DNA of 64,000 bases. It comes from Candidatus Nanohalarchaeota archaeon. GTDB taxonomy: Archaea; Nanohalarchaeota; Nanosalinia; Nanosalinales; Nanosalinaceae. Every line of letters begins with the position of its first letter. The stretch's first letter is position 1. Where the stretch lies: positions 640,001-704,000 of the forward strand of contig JALDAJ010000001.1 of NCBI GenBank assembly GCA_022729235.1. Direction: 5' to 3'. The notes under the pieces were generated by a model, which saw only the letters and a list, made by a program, of their open reading frames with translations, had not been told where the DNA came from and made no database searches. Made by a program: the position numbers and the translations under genes. Below, piece after piece: positions 45,306 through 54,906 of this stretch.

Positions 45306-46046
45306 ATGGGAGAGTCTGAGAACCTAATTGTCTGCGTGGCTAGATCAGTATCTGATGAAGAACATTACTTATTACAGAGTTCTGATGAGGGATGGGAATT
45401 TCCGGTAGGGCATATTGGTGCAGAGGAAGTGCCTGAGGAGGCTGCAATAAGAATGTTGGAGCAGGAATTTGGTCTAACTGGAGAGATAGAACGGGCTGGT
45501 GATTTGAAAGAGAATATTTATCCGGTTCTAGTTAACATTGACTTCAAGCAGGTAGAAAGATGGGAGGAGTCTGGCTACCGATGGTTTACGCCTCTTGAAA
45601 TGACCGATCTCGACATTCAGGACTCTTTTATGATTCTAGAGGAGCTAGATCTCGTGAACGGTGATGTGGTTACTGTGCTGGTTGAAGAAGGAGGAGCGTT
45701 CTTGATAATGAAGCGTTCAGAAGAGAAATCAAGTTCTGGTTACTGGAACTTCATAGGCGGTAGAATTGAAGAGGACGAAACCGTAGGAGACGCTGCATTG
45801 AGAGAAGCTAGTGAAGAAGCAGGTTTAACAGGAGCGGTTATAGAGATTGGTGAACCATATCTTAGTTCGGGCGAGCTAGGTTTCTGGAGAATACATCCTG
45901 TTCTAGTTGAGACAGAGGATAAAACTGTCGAGCTTAACTGGGAACATTCTGAACATAGGTGGATTAAACTAGAGGAAATAGAAGACATGAAAACACTTAG
46001 TTCACTTAAAGCAGCTGAAAAGCTAGGAGTGGTAGACTATGAGTGA
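45306..46046 (+). CDS. Tandem two-domain NUDIX hydrolase
   Basis: Degenerate first box WEFPVG...AAIRMLEQEFG; intact second box WNFIGG...AALREASEEAG; start moved to ATG 45306. Confidence 0.85.
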   Translation: MGESENLIVCVARSVSDEEHYLLQSSDEGWEFPVGHIGAEEVPEEAAIRMLEQEFGLTGEIERAGDLKENIYPVLVNIDFKQVERWEESGYRWFTPLEMTDLDIQDSFMILEELDLVNGDVVTVLVEEGGAFLIMKRSEEKSSSGYWNFIGGRIEEDETVGDAALREASEEAGLTGAVIEIGEPYLSSGELGFWRIHPVLVETEDKTVELNWEHSEHRWIKLEEIEDMKTLSSLKAAEKLGVVDYE

Positions 46047-46467
46047 AGAAGAGTTTCCTGTTATTGTAGCTGCGTTGGTTACTAGCCAGAGAGATGTTCT
46101 GATTGGTAAGAAAGAGTCTGGAGAGAATCCTGTTTCAGAACAATGGCATTTGCCGGGAGGTCATTTAGAAGAAGATGAGGATCTGAGAGAAGCTGTTAAA
46201 AGAGAAATTAGCGAAGAGACGGATTTGGATGTTGAAATTCATCATATAGTAGATGTTTACAAAGGAGAAATAGGTGCGGTAAGAATAATTTTCCACTGTG
46301 AAGCAAGTGATCGAGATATAGATGCTGGAGACGATCTTGTTGACATTAAATGGGTTTCTCCAGAGAACTTAGAAGAAGAGCTTGGAGATTATGATTCGGA
46401 GATAGTATCTGAGAGAGACAATATCAGAAATTTTGTTGAGAAACTGCAGAAGATGCCGTCATTCTAG
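46039..46467 (+). CDS. NUDIX hydrolase
   Basis: WHLPGGHLEEDEDLREAVKREISEETDL. Confidence 0.9.
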   Translation: MSEEEFPVIVAALVTSQRDVLIGKKESGENPVSEQWHLPGGHLEEDEDLREAVKREISEETDLDVEIHHIVDVYKGEIGAVRIIFHCEASDRDIDAGDDLVDIKWVSPENLEEELGDYDSEIVSERDNIRNFVEKLQKMPSF

Positions 46468-46723
46468 ATTTCTAGGCCGTACGATTTTTTTCTGCAGTAT
46501 CTTCTCTTCTGATTGGATTTTTGATCATATGATCAATATTCTAACCCTCTCATTGGGCTTTTCTGCTCCGACCTACATTTTTAATTGTTTAGGCGTTAGT
46601 TCAAAGTTATGATTATGAGCAGTGATCGTTTTTGTCCGTGTCACTGAATTGTTTCTGTTAGATTCACTGCTCTACCTGAAAAACCGTTTTAACTCTGCGC
46701 CCCGTTCTTCGTGATAGGGCTCC

Positions 46724-48208
46724 ATGGCACTGAAACTCTACAATACACTGACGCGGGAAAAAGAAGAGTTTGAACCGAAGGAAGAAGGAAAGGTCAAGTT
46801 CTACAGCTGTGGACAGACGATTTACGACGATCTGCACATCGGTAATGCGCGTCCCTATGTTTACTGGGACACACTGAGACGTTACCTTGAATGGAAGGGT
46901 TACACGGTCCGGCATGTCCAGAACATAACTGATGTCGGCCACCTGACCGACGACGGCGACCAGGGAGAGGATAAGGTGGAGAAACGCGCCTCCGAGCTGG
47001 GTGTGGAGCCGATGGAGCTGGTAGAGTCGCAGATTGAACGATATTTCGAGGATACAAAGGCGTTGAACATCGAAAGACAGGACATCGTCCCGCGCGCCAC
47101 CGGACATGTCAACGAGATGATAAACTATGTCCAGGAGATAATAGATAACGGCTACGCGTACGAACGCGACGGCAATATTTACTTCGACATGGATGCCTAC
47201 CTGGAAGACTACGAGTACGGTGAGATGGCGAAGAAGGATATCGAACAGTTAAAGGAGGAGGCGGAATCGAGAGTGGAGCCAGACGAGAAGAAAAAGAACC
47301 AGTACGACTTCGCTCTCTGGCTGAACGCGGAAGGCACGGGACATCTTATGAGGTGGGGTGCCACGTTCCAGGTCGACGGTGAAGCAGTTAAGGTCGAGGG
47401 CTATCCAGGCTGGCACCTCGAATGCTCGGTTATGAGTCAGAAATACCTGGGAGACGAGTTCGATATACACGCCGGCGGTAAGGACCATATCTTCCCGCAC
47501 CACCCGAATGAACGGGCTCAATCCTTCGCGGCGACGGGAGAAGGTCAGGCACGTTACTGGCTGCACAACGAGTTCATAACCATCGAGGGCGAGAAGATGT
47601 CCAAGTCCGAGGGCAACTTCTACACCGTCCGGGATTTACTTGACGAGGGCTACTCCGGCGACGCCATACGTCTTTATCTCGTCTCCTCTCACTACAGGAG
47701 CGAGACCGACTTCTCGAAGGAAGGATTGGAGAAGGCGGAGAAGGAGTTGAGGAAGATCCGGAAAGTAGTACAGAAGATAGGCTGGGATGAGGACTACAGG
47801 GGTAAGAATCAGTTCGGAGAACCTGGAGAAGATGAAGAAGGTTATGTTGAAGAGTTCGAGAAGCGGATAGACGATGATTTTAACACGGCTAAGGCCAAGC
47901 AGTTCTTGATGAAACTTGTCTCTGAAGCCAACGAGACCCTGGAAAAGAATCCGGAGGAGGGAGAAAGTCTGTACGCTGTAGGCTATGGAAACTTCCTGAT
48001 TGAGGCATTTGAGATACTAGGGATTGATGTCCGGCCAGAAGTGTCGGAGGGAGAGGCTGAGATGGCGGACACGCTTCTTGAGGTTCGTGAAGAGTACCGT
48101 GAACGTGGAGACTACGATGAGGCGGACCGTATCCGCGATGTCCTTGAGGAGAACGGTTTCGAGGTCGAGGACACGGAAGACGGTGCCCGCTGGTTCAAGG
48201 TGGGATGA
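46724..48208 (+). CDS. cysS: Cysteine--tRNA ligase
   Basis: LYNTL, YSCG.T.YD..HIGN, GYPGWHLECS, FDIHAGG.DH.FPHH.NE, KMSKS, C-terminal ADRIRD.L. Confidence 0.97.
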   Translation: MALKLYNTLTREKEEFEPKEEGKVKFYSCGQTIYDDLHIGNARPYVYWDTLRRYLEWKGYTVRHVQNITDVGHLTDDGDQGEDKVEKRASELGVEPMELVESQIERYFEDTKALNIERQDIVPRATGHVNEMINYVQEIIDNGYAYERDGNIYFDMDAYLEDYEYGEMAKKDIEQLKEEAESRVEPDEKKKNQYDFALWLNAEGTGHLMRWGATFQVDGEAVKVEGYPGWHLECSVMSQKYLGDEFDIHAGGKDHIFPHHPNERAQSFAATGEGQARYWLHNEFITIEGEKMSKSEGNFYTVRDLLDEGYSGDAIRLYLVSSHYRSETDFSKEGLEKAEKELRKIRKVVQKIGWDEDYRGKNQFGEPGEDEEGYVEEFEKRIDDDFNTAKAKQFLMKLVSEANETLEKNPEEGESLYAVGYGNFLIEAFEILGIDVRPEVSEGEAEMADTLLEVREEYRERGDYDEADRIRDVLEENGFEVEDTEDGARWFKVG

Positions 48209-48579
48209 TGAAGATTTACGTCGGGCATCCGACCGATATCGATTTCAGGGAGGAGCTGTATGAACCCCTGAGAAAGAGTAAGCTGGGCGAAGAACACGAG
48301 CTGGTATTTCCCCATGAAGACTCTGATGAAGTATTTGACTCGAAAAGTTTCCTGCGTGACGAGTGCCATCTGTTTGTAGCGGAAGTGTCTGCTCCCTCGA
48401 CAGGCCTGGGTATAGAGCTGGGCTGGGCGGACGAATTTGGGGTTCCGATTGTCTGTGTACATAAAGAAGGTTCAGAGCCTTCAAGCTCCTTGAAAGCAGT
48501 GACCAGTGAATTCAGAGATTACAGTGATGTTGGAGATCTTATCGAATCGGTCAGGAGAGGTATCAAGGATGTCGGCTGA
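48205..48579 (+). CDS. Nucleoside 2-deoxyribosyltransferase-like protein
   Basis: 'KIYVGH', 'VAEVSAPSTGLGIELGWA'. Confidence 0.75.
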   Translation: MMKIYVGHPTDIDFREELYEPLRKSKLGEEHELVFPHEDSDEVFDSKSFLRDECHLFVAEVSAPSTGLGIELGWADEFGVPIVCVHKEGSEPSSSLKAVTSEFRDYSDVGDLIESVRRGIKDVG

Positions 48580-48670
48580 AGAAACGAAGTCTCTAGTGGA
48601 GTATCTTAAGCAGAAAGCAGGATACAGTTACGATATGGTTCCTGAAGAACAGGTTTATAGAGAAAAATAA
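48569..48670 (+). CDS. Possible 33-aa small protein
   Basis: MSAEETKSLVEYLKQKAGYSYDMVPEEQVYREK*; start overlaps the end of the upstream gene and is preceded by GGAGAGGT. Confidence 0.3.
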   Translation: MSAEETKSLVEYLKQKAGYSYDMVPEEQVYREK

Positions 48671-48684
48671 TCTGTAGGGAAAAG

Positions 48685-49011
48685 TCAGTGCTTGTGGCTC
48701 TTGTGGACGTTCATTCCTCTTGAGGAGTCGAACTCATCGCCGCATTCAGGGCATTCGTGTAGTTCAACTTCTTCCTTGTCCTGTGCGTCGTCGTCTTCTG
48801 TTTCCGTCTCTTCCTGCTGTTCCTCGACACTTTCAGGTTCTTCCTTGACGCTTTTCTCAGTCTGCTCCAGCGTTCCTTCTTCCTCCATTTTCTTTCTCTT
48901 CTGCTGTTTCCGGTCAGGTTGCTCCTCGAAGATCTCCTTCGCCCGGTCGTCAGAAATTCCAAGCATTTCCTTCGCCTTTTGCTTCTGCTTCTCCGCCTTT
49001 TCTCTTACCAT
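48685..49011 (-). CDS. Small charged protein with C-terminal C2H2 zinc finger
   Basis: Ends CPECGDEFDSSRGMNVHKSHKH. Confidence 0.75.
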   Translation of the reverse strand: MVREKAEKQKQKAKEMLGISDDRAKEIFEEQPDRKQQKRKKMEEEGTLEQTEKSVKEEPESVEEQQEETETEDDDAQDKEEVELHECPECGDEFDSSRGMNVHKSHKH

Positions 49012-49051
49012 AGTTATCTATTACAAGCTTGGTAGGAATGTTTTAAACCGG

Positions 49052-50149
49052 TTAGGGTACAAGCTCCGTGAAGTTCTCCTTGAACTCCTCGTAGTACTCG
49101 GGTTTCATTGATGCGCCCGCCGCTTTCTGGTGTCCACCTGCCTCCGCGTTCTCCTCTTTGGCTTCTTCAGGCAGTGCCTGTTGCATGAGTTCGCCGAGGT
49201 CGACCCGTCCTGATTGGCATCTCGCAGAGATATTGATCTCGTCCTCGCTTCTCTGGATGACGAGGTGGATCCATTCCGGTGTCTTGGTGGATTTGTTGGT
49301 CGCGATTGAGCTGGTGATGTGGAAGTCGCTCTCCAGTTCGAAGAAGATTATCATCTTGTCCCTGTCGATTTCGCGGTCTTCCTCGTAGTCTTCCACCGCC
49401 ACGTTGAACTCGTCCTGCATCTCGAGGTAGACCTCGTACACCTTGCGGTAGGCTTCCTGCGCCTCCAGTTCCTTGAGGTCGTCTGACTCCATCAGCGCCT
49501 CGTACGCCAGCTTTGCGAAGTGCGCGGAGTCGCGGTACGGTTTGATGTTCAGGACTGAAGAGTAGCGCCCGTATTCGCAGTTTTTCGCGAGATTCTGTTG
49601 GTTGAGTTCTTCCGGAAGGTAGCGGTCGTATTTTTCGTTTAATTTTTCAAAGAGTTCCGGGCATGAGTCAACCCCGAAATCCTGTATGACGCCGAGACCT
49701 GCTATCCAGCGTGTCTCGTCTTCCAGTTCGTACTGTGTGGCGATGTCCAGGCAGACTTTGCTGCATGGTACATAGGTGTCTCTGTTACCAAGTCTTGGAT
49801 TCACGAAGGGGATGTCAGGTTCTCTATCAAATGTATGATGGTCGATTACGAGGACATCAAGCCCGAACTCACTGTCTAGTTCTTCCAGTTCGTCCGCGCC
49901 GAGGTTGAAGTCGAGTACTATCAGTTTGTCCGTGTCTTCCAGTATCTCGTGGTCTTTTTCTCCGAGGTGGTACGCCCGGGTGTGAGGTATGGTGATCTCG
50001 TCCGCGGGTTTTCCTCTCGTTTCCTCAAGTATCTTCGATATTATAACCGAACTTGATGTCCCATCCATATCCCAGTGGTGGATGATGGTGACTTTTTCTT
50101 CAGGTTTAATCTGGTCTAGAAATTCTGTTGCTGGTTCTAAGTTTGTCAT
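49052..50149 (-). CDS. DHH/DHHA1 family phosphoesterase (RecJ-like)
   Basis: 'HHWDMDG', 'VLD', 'IDHH', 'SAR', 'GGHQKAAGA'. Confidence 0.88.
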   Translation of the reverse strand: MTNLEPATEFLDQIKPEEKVTIIHHWDMDGTSSSVIISKILEETRGKPADEITIPHTRAYHLGEKDHEILEDTDKLIVLDFNLGADELEELDSEFGLDVLVIDHHTFDREPDIPFVNPRLGNRDTYVPCSKVCLDIATQYELEDETRWIAGLGVIQDFGVDSCPELFEKLNEKYDRYLPEELNQQNLAKNCEYGRYSSVLNIKPYRDSAHFAKLAYEALMESDDLKELEAQEAYRKVYEVYLEMQDEFNVAVEDYEEDREIDRDKMIIFFELESDFHITSSIATNKSTKTPEWIHLVIQRSEDEINISARCQSGRVDLGELMQQALPEEAKEENAEAGGHQKAAGASMKPEYYEEFKENFTELVP

Positions 50150-50161
50150 TGATAGTCACCT

Positions 50162-53100
50162 CTATGCTGGGTTGGAGAAACTGAAACTTATTCTCCTACC
50201 CTCGAATTCTACTTCTCCCTTGTGTTCAAAGTGTTCGTCTGTGTAGCTTATCTCGTTGACGTTCACGCGCTGTCGTAATCTGTCCTCGAAGCTCTCTACT
50301 GCTTCAGCGTTCCCTGAAAGTGCAAGATCAACCTCGTCTTCTACTTCCAGTCCTGCTTCTTTTCGCTTCTGCTGGACTGCGCGGATAACCTCGTTTACAA
50401 ATGCTTCGTCTAACAGTTCCTCTGTTCTCTCTGTATCAATCCTGACAACTCCCCGGGAAAATTCTTCGCCAGACATCCCTTCAGGTACGTGGGTTCTGAC
50501 CTCAAACATCTCTTCTCCCAGTTCGTGTCCGGCTAGCTCTACTCCTCCTTCAATTTCTTCTGCGAGTTCCTGGTGGTTCGTATCTGCCAGGGCTTTCTCT
50601 ACTTTCTTCACATCGCCCCCGAGTTCTGGTCCTGCCTTCTGGTAGTCAAGCTTGACCTCGTAATCAAGTTCCATCTCTTCAAACTCTACCTTCTTCGCAT
50701 TCAGTCTATGCTCCATCACGTCCTGGAGTCTGCTGACTGCAGTCTCTACTCCTTCCTGACCGCTGATAGTGACCTTCCTTACTGGGTGTCTAAGGCTGAT
50801 ACCGTTTTCCTGCCTGAGTCTTGCGACCGCCTCTTCTAAATCCTGGTATATGGACATCGCTTCCTCAAGCTCTCCGTCTATTACCTCTTCATCTACCATA
50901 GGATAGTCTTCGAGGTGAATCGATTTTTCGCCGTTCCAGTGGTAGTCTGCGAAGTACGGTGTAAACGGTGCCAGCGTTTTCAGCAGCTGATCGGTTACGG
51001 TTCTGAGCGTCCATTCCGCGGCTTTTCTATCGTCTCCCTCGTATCCTGGTCTCAGCCGGTCGCGTATCATCTTGATGTAGCTCCGGGACAGGTCGTTAGC
51101 TGCGAATTCTTCGATATGATTCACCGCTCTGAATGCTGTGAACTCTGGTTCTGAAGAGTACTTCTTGACATTCTCTATCATCGTGTTAAGGCGTGACAGT
51201 ATCCATCTGTCCTCGAGTTCAAGCTCTTCAGGTCTCTCTACTTCTGAGGTGTAAGTGTCCTTGTAGCTGTAGGTGTTCCAGAGCAGGTTCATGAAGTCGA
51301 ATGATTCCTCTACCTCGTCCCACTCCCAGCTCCAGTCCTCGGAGACGTCTTTCGTCAGTATGTAGTACCGGAGCAGGTCTCGCCCGTATCTCTCTATGAC
51401 TTCTTCCGGCTCGACGATTATGCCTTTCGACTTGGACATCTCTTTTCCTTCGAGCTTGACTTTGCCGTGATAGATAACGTTGTTGAAAGGTCTTACATCG
51501 TGTGTCATGATGGATGTGATGAACTGGCTGTTCCACCACCCTCTTATCTGGTCGAACCCTTCTTCTTCAAGGTCTACAGGTCCTTCTTCCTCGAATGTGA
51601 AGTCGACCTCCGGGTGTTTCAGTGATGCCCATGGCGCAACCCCTGAATCAAACCATACGTCGAGTACGTCAGGTATACGGGTCATGTCTCCGTTGCATTC
51701 ATCGCATTCCAGTTTGACCTCGTCGATGTAAGGTCGGTGGAGGTCATCCAGGTCTTCTGGTAGTTCGTCTCGTGAACCGACGACCTCGGTGTTGTCGCAT
51801 CCTTCGCACTCCCAGATGGGTAGTGGGATTCCCCAGTAGCGCTGCCGGGATACAGGCCAGTCACCGAGCTGTTCCAACCATTCCCGGAACTTGTCGCCTG
51901 ACCAGTCAGGAACCCAGTTGACCTTTTCGTTTTCTTCTACCAGTTTATCGCGGAACTTGGTGGCTCCGAAGAACCACTGCGGTACCGCTAATTGTAGAAG
52001 CGGGGTGTCACATCTCCAGCACTTCGGATACTCGTGGTGTAAAGTTCCCTGGTGCAGGAGCGCGTCTTTCTCTTCTAGGTCTTTCATTATCTGGTCGTCC
52101 GCGTCCTTGACATGCATACCCTCGTACTTTCCAGCATCCTCAGTGTATTCTCCTTTCAGGTTGACAGGGTTGAGCAGCGGCAGGTCCTCTTCCTGCCCGA
52201 CTTCGTAGTCCTCGCTACCGTGTCCCGGTGCTGTGTGGACAAGACCTGTACCTTCTTCAAGTGTTACGTAACGCTCCGAGAGAACTACTTTACCTGTTAT
52301 ATCTTCCTGTTGAGTTACTTCTTCCTTTAGCGGGTTCTGGTACGTCTTTCCTTCAAGCCGGTCACCGCTAACTTTCTTCCCGATCTCGTAGTCTTCTACT
52401 CCAAACTTTGCCATCAGGTCGTCTACAAGTTCCGATGCTATCCAGACCTTCCTGTTGTTGAAGCTGACAAGCGCGTAGTCGAAGTCTGGGTTGACCATGA
52501 CTCCTGTATTTGATGGGATTGTCCACGGCGTCGTAGTATAGATCAGTAGTTCCTCATTCGAATCTTCAACCGGTAGAGCAACGTAAACAGTCGGATCGGT
52601 CAGCTTGGTGTACTCTACCTCGTTGTAGGCTACTGCTGTTTCACACCTTGAACATACATGGACGCTGTACGAGTCCTTGTAGAGGAAACCCTTTTCGTAA
52701 GCCTTCTTGAAGGTCTCCCACGCACCTTCGATATAGTAGTTGTGGAGAGTGAGGTAAGGGTTCTCCCAGTCCATCCAGACACCCATCTCCTTGAAGTCAT
52801 TGTTCATGTCCTCGATGTACTCTGTCGCGAAATCCTTGCATTCATGGATAAAGTTCTCCACGCCGAAGTCCTCGATGTCCTGCTTCTTGGTGAATCCTTC
52901 CTGTTCCTCCACCTTGTTCTCGATAGGAAGACCGTGGGTGTCGTATCCTGGCTGGGCGTGGACGTAGTAACCGTTCATACGGTGGAAACGGATGAAGTAG
53001 TCCTTGAGAATCTTACCCATCGCGGTTCCCATGTGCATGGAACCTGTCGGGTACGGAGGACCGTCAAGGAAGTAGAATATCTCTCCGTCCTCCTCGTTTT

Positions 53101-53185
53101 TCTCCAGTGCTTTCCGCCTTGTATCGTTTTCACTCCATACCTGTTTAACCCGTTTTTCTACCTTATCAGGATTGTATTCAGTCAT
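50162..53185 (-). CDS. ileS: Isoleucine--tRNA ligase
   Basis: FLDGPPYPTG.MHMG, GYDTHGLPIE, TTTPWT, GTGLVHTAPGHG, SRQRYWG, DVWFDSG, DQIRGW, MSKS. Confidence 0.97.
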   Translation of the reverse strand: MTEYNPDKVEKRVKQVWSENDTRRKALEKNEEDGEIFYFLDGPPYPTGSMHMGTAMGKILKDYFIRFHRMNGYYVHAQPGYDTHGLPIENKVEEQEGFTKKQDIEDFGVENFIHECKDFATEYIEDMNNDFKEMGVWMDWENPYLTLHNYYIEGAWETFKKAYEKGFLYKDSYSVHVCSRCETAVAYNEVEYTKLTDPTVYVALPVEDSNEELLIYTTTPWTIPSNTGVMVNPDFDYALVSFNNRKVWIASELVDDLMAKFGVEDYEIGKKVSGDRLEGKTYQNPLKEEVTQQEDITGKVVLSERYVTLEEGTGLVHTAPGHGSEDYEVGQEEDLPLLNPVNLKGEYTEDAGKYEGMHVKDADDQIMKDLEEKDALLHQGTLHHEYPKCWRCDTPLLQLAVPQWFFGATKFRDKLVEENEKVNWVPDWSGDKFREWLEQLGDWPVSRQRYWGIPLPIWECEGCDNTEVVGSRDELPEDLDDLHRPYIDEVKLECDECNGDMTRIPDVLDVWFDSGVAPWASLKHPEVDFTFEEEGPVDLEEEGFDQIRGWWNSQFITSIMTHDVRPFNNVIYHGKVKLEGKEMSKSKGIIVEPEEVIERYGRDLLRYYILTKDVSEDWSWEWDEVEESFDFMNLLWNTYSYKDTYTSEVERPEELELEDRWILSRLNTMIENVKKYSSEPEFTAFRAVNHIEEFAANDLSRSYIKMIRDRLRPGYEGDDRKAAEWTLRTVTDQLLKTLAPFTPYFADYHWNGEKSIHLEDYPMVDEEVIDGELEEAMSIYQDLEEAVARLRQENGISLRHPVRKVTISGQEGVETAVSRLQDVMEHRLNAKKVEFEEMELDYEVKLDYQKAGPELGGDVKKVEKALADTNHQELAEEIEGGVELAGHELGEEMFEVRTHVPEGMSGEEFSRGVVRIDTERTEELLDEAFVNEVIRAVQQKRKEAGLEVEDEVDLALSGNAEAVESFEDRLRQRVNVNEISYTDEHFEHKGEVEFEGRRISFSFSNPA

Positions 53186-53231
53186 AATCTACAGAAAGCA
53201 ACTGAAAGTTAAAAGGATTGTCTTGACCTTT

Positions 53232-53564
53232 TCAGAGGTCGTATTCTTCTGGATCTTCCTCTGTGTTATGGTAGATCGGCTCATCAACAGACGCTATATC
53301 TTCATCTGTATCTCCTCTAAGATACAGGAGTGCTGTGCCGGCTAATGCTAACGGCGCTAGTACAAGAGCGCCAAAACCGGGACCATATTCTGGGTTGCCT
53401 GCTGCTTCCTGAGTGGCAGTGTTGTTGGCGAGCAGGTATGCCGCGTCTGCAACGGCGGCAGGATCATAGACGTCATCAGTTGCTTTCGGGATTGAATCAA
53501 TAGCACCTCCAAGACTGTCTCTGAGATTGTTCCAAGATGAGTCTGCGCCTTCTAAAGTTCCCAT
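53232..53564 (-). CDS. Hypothetical single-TM protein
   Basis: Acidic ORF with one hydrophobic helix preceded by GPGFG; start moved to ATG 53564. Confidence 0.5.
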   Translation of the reverse strand: MGTLEGADSSWNNLRDSLGGAIDSIPKATDDVYDPAAVADAAYLLANNTATQEAAGNPEYGPGFGALVLAPLALAGTALLYLRGDTDEDIASVDEPIYHNTEEDPEEYDL

Positions 53565-53598
53565 AATGTTTATTTCTCTCAAAACTTTTTATCTCTGG

Positions 53599-54306
53599 TT
53601 ACCGCCACTCGAAGCTCTTGCCGTCCCAGTGACCTTCTCCTTCCAGCTCGTCTTCCGCATCTTCGTCTTCTGGCTCGGAGCTACTGTCTGCATCTGGAGA
53701 GGCTGACTCTGCTGGAGGCTCCGGTGAATTGCTTTCTTCTTCCCGGGTCTGCTTCTCTTTTTTATTCTGTTTCTGGGTGGCGCTCCTTGCGGCTTTGCTG
53801 ACCGCTGACTCTTCAAGGTGGCGCTTGCTCTCCTCGTGAGGTTCCCGCGTTTCCGCTTCAAAGTCAACGCTTACAGAGGACATCGACTCCTGTATATCTT
53901 CTAACTCTGGTTGAAGCTCCTCCCTCTGCGGGAAGATAGCCCCGGTTGGTGTCCCTGCGTTCTCCTCGTCCTCGAATCTCGGGAACACGATTATGTAGGC
54001 GTGCGGAAGCATCTGTCCGCCCGCTTCCTCGATGTTCACCGCGACTGATGCCCCGTCAGCTCCAAGCCCTTTCTTTGCTTTCTCGACAACCATCCTCGTC
54101 AGTTTCATCGCTTCCTGCCATTCACCCGGCGACAGTTCAAGGAGGTTCTCCTTGTGCTCCTTGGGTACAATCATGGTGTGACCTTTTGCTCGCGGGTTGA
54201 TCTCCAGCCAGGCGTAGAAATTCTCGGTTTCCCCGACCGTTAAGAGCTGGTCAGGGTTCTCGATTAGCTGGCAGAACGGGCACTGTCCTCCCTGTTGTGG
54301 TGGCAT
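53599..54306 (-). CDS. HIT family protein with long charged C-terminal tail
   Basis: CPFC, 'INPRAKGHTMIVPKEH', 'GQMLPHAYIIVFPR' (histidine triad partly substituted). Confidence 0.85.
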   Translation of the reverse strand: MPPQQGGQCPFCQLIENPDQLLTVGETENFYAWLEINPRAKGHTMIVPKEHKENLLELSPGEWQEAMKLTRMVVEKAKKGLGADGASVAVNIEEAGGQMLPHAYIIVFPRFEDEENAGTPTGAIFPQREELQPELEDIQESMSSVSVDFEAETREPHEESKRHLEESAVSKAARSATQKQNKKEKQTREEESNSPEPPAESASPDADSSSEPEDEDAEDELEGEGHWDGKSFEWR

Positions 54307-54446
54307 AACTGGAATTAGTCAGCGGTTTTTACATTCTTTTGTTCTGGGAGAGAACATCTGCTTCGAGAGTTACTTCTGGGAGTGACAAGAGGTTTATAAA
54401 GATAGCTGGCTATTTCAAGCATACACTTACACAGGTGCATTTGCCT

Positions 54447-54812
54447 ATGAACGATTTTGACGACCAGTTTGACGACGATTTCGACGAAGATTTTGAAAAC
54501 GAAGAAGAACTTGACGAAGGCTTTGACGACCAGGTCGGAGAAGACGAAGACTTCGATGAAGGAGCTGACGAGGAACCGGTTGAAGACGAGGGAGGTTACG
54601 AAGATGAAGATGATGAAGAGGATTTCGATAAGCCGGTCTCGGAAGGAGAAGTAGTTGAAGTAGAGATCGATGACCTCGGTAGCAAGGGCGACGGTATCGC
54701 CCGCGTAGAAGGCTTCGTTGTTTTCGTTCCAGGAGGAGAAGTAGGGGAGACCTACGAAGTGGAAGTTACCTCTGTCGGACGGAAGTTCGCCTTCGCGGAG
54801 ATTGTTGAGTAA
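54447..54812 (+). CDS. TRAM domain RNA-binding protein with acidic N-terminal extension
   Basis: '[33 protein letters not shown]...FAFAEIV'; start moved to ATG 54447. Confidence 0.9.
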   Translation: MNDFDDQFDDDFDEDFENEEELDEGFDDQVGEDEDFDEGADEEPVEDEGGYEDEDDEEDFDKPVSEGEVVEVEIDDLGSKGDGIARVEGFVVFVPGGEVGETYEVEVTSVGRKFAFAEIVE

Positions 54813-54906
54813 ACTGTCTCCTGTCGCTACGAGACTTTTTACATTTTCTCTTTAACTTCTATTTCTATACCATGATCAGTGGAGTCTGTCAGGTACAGGT
54901 GTTAGA

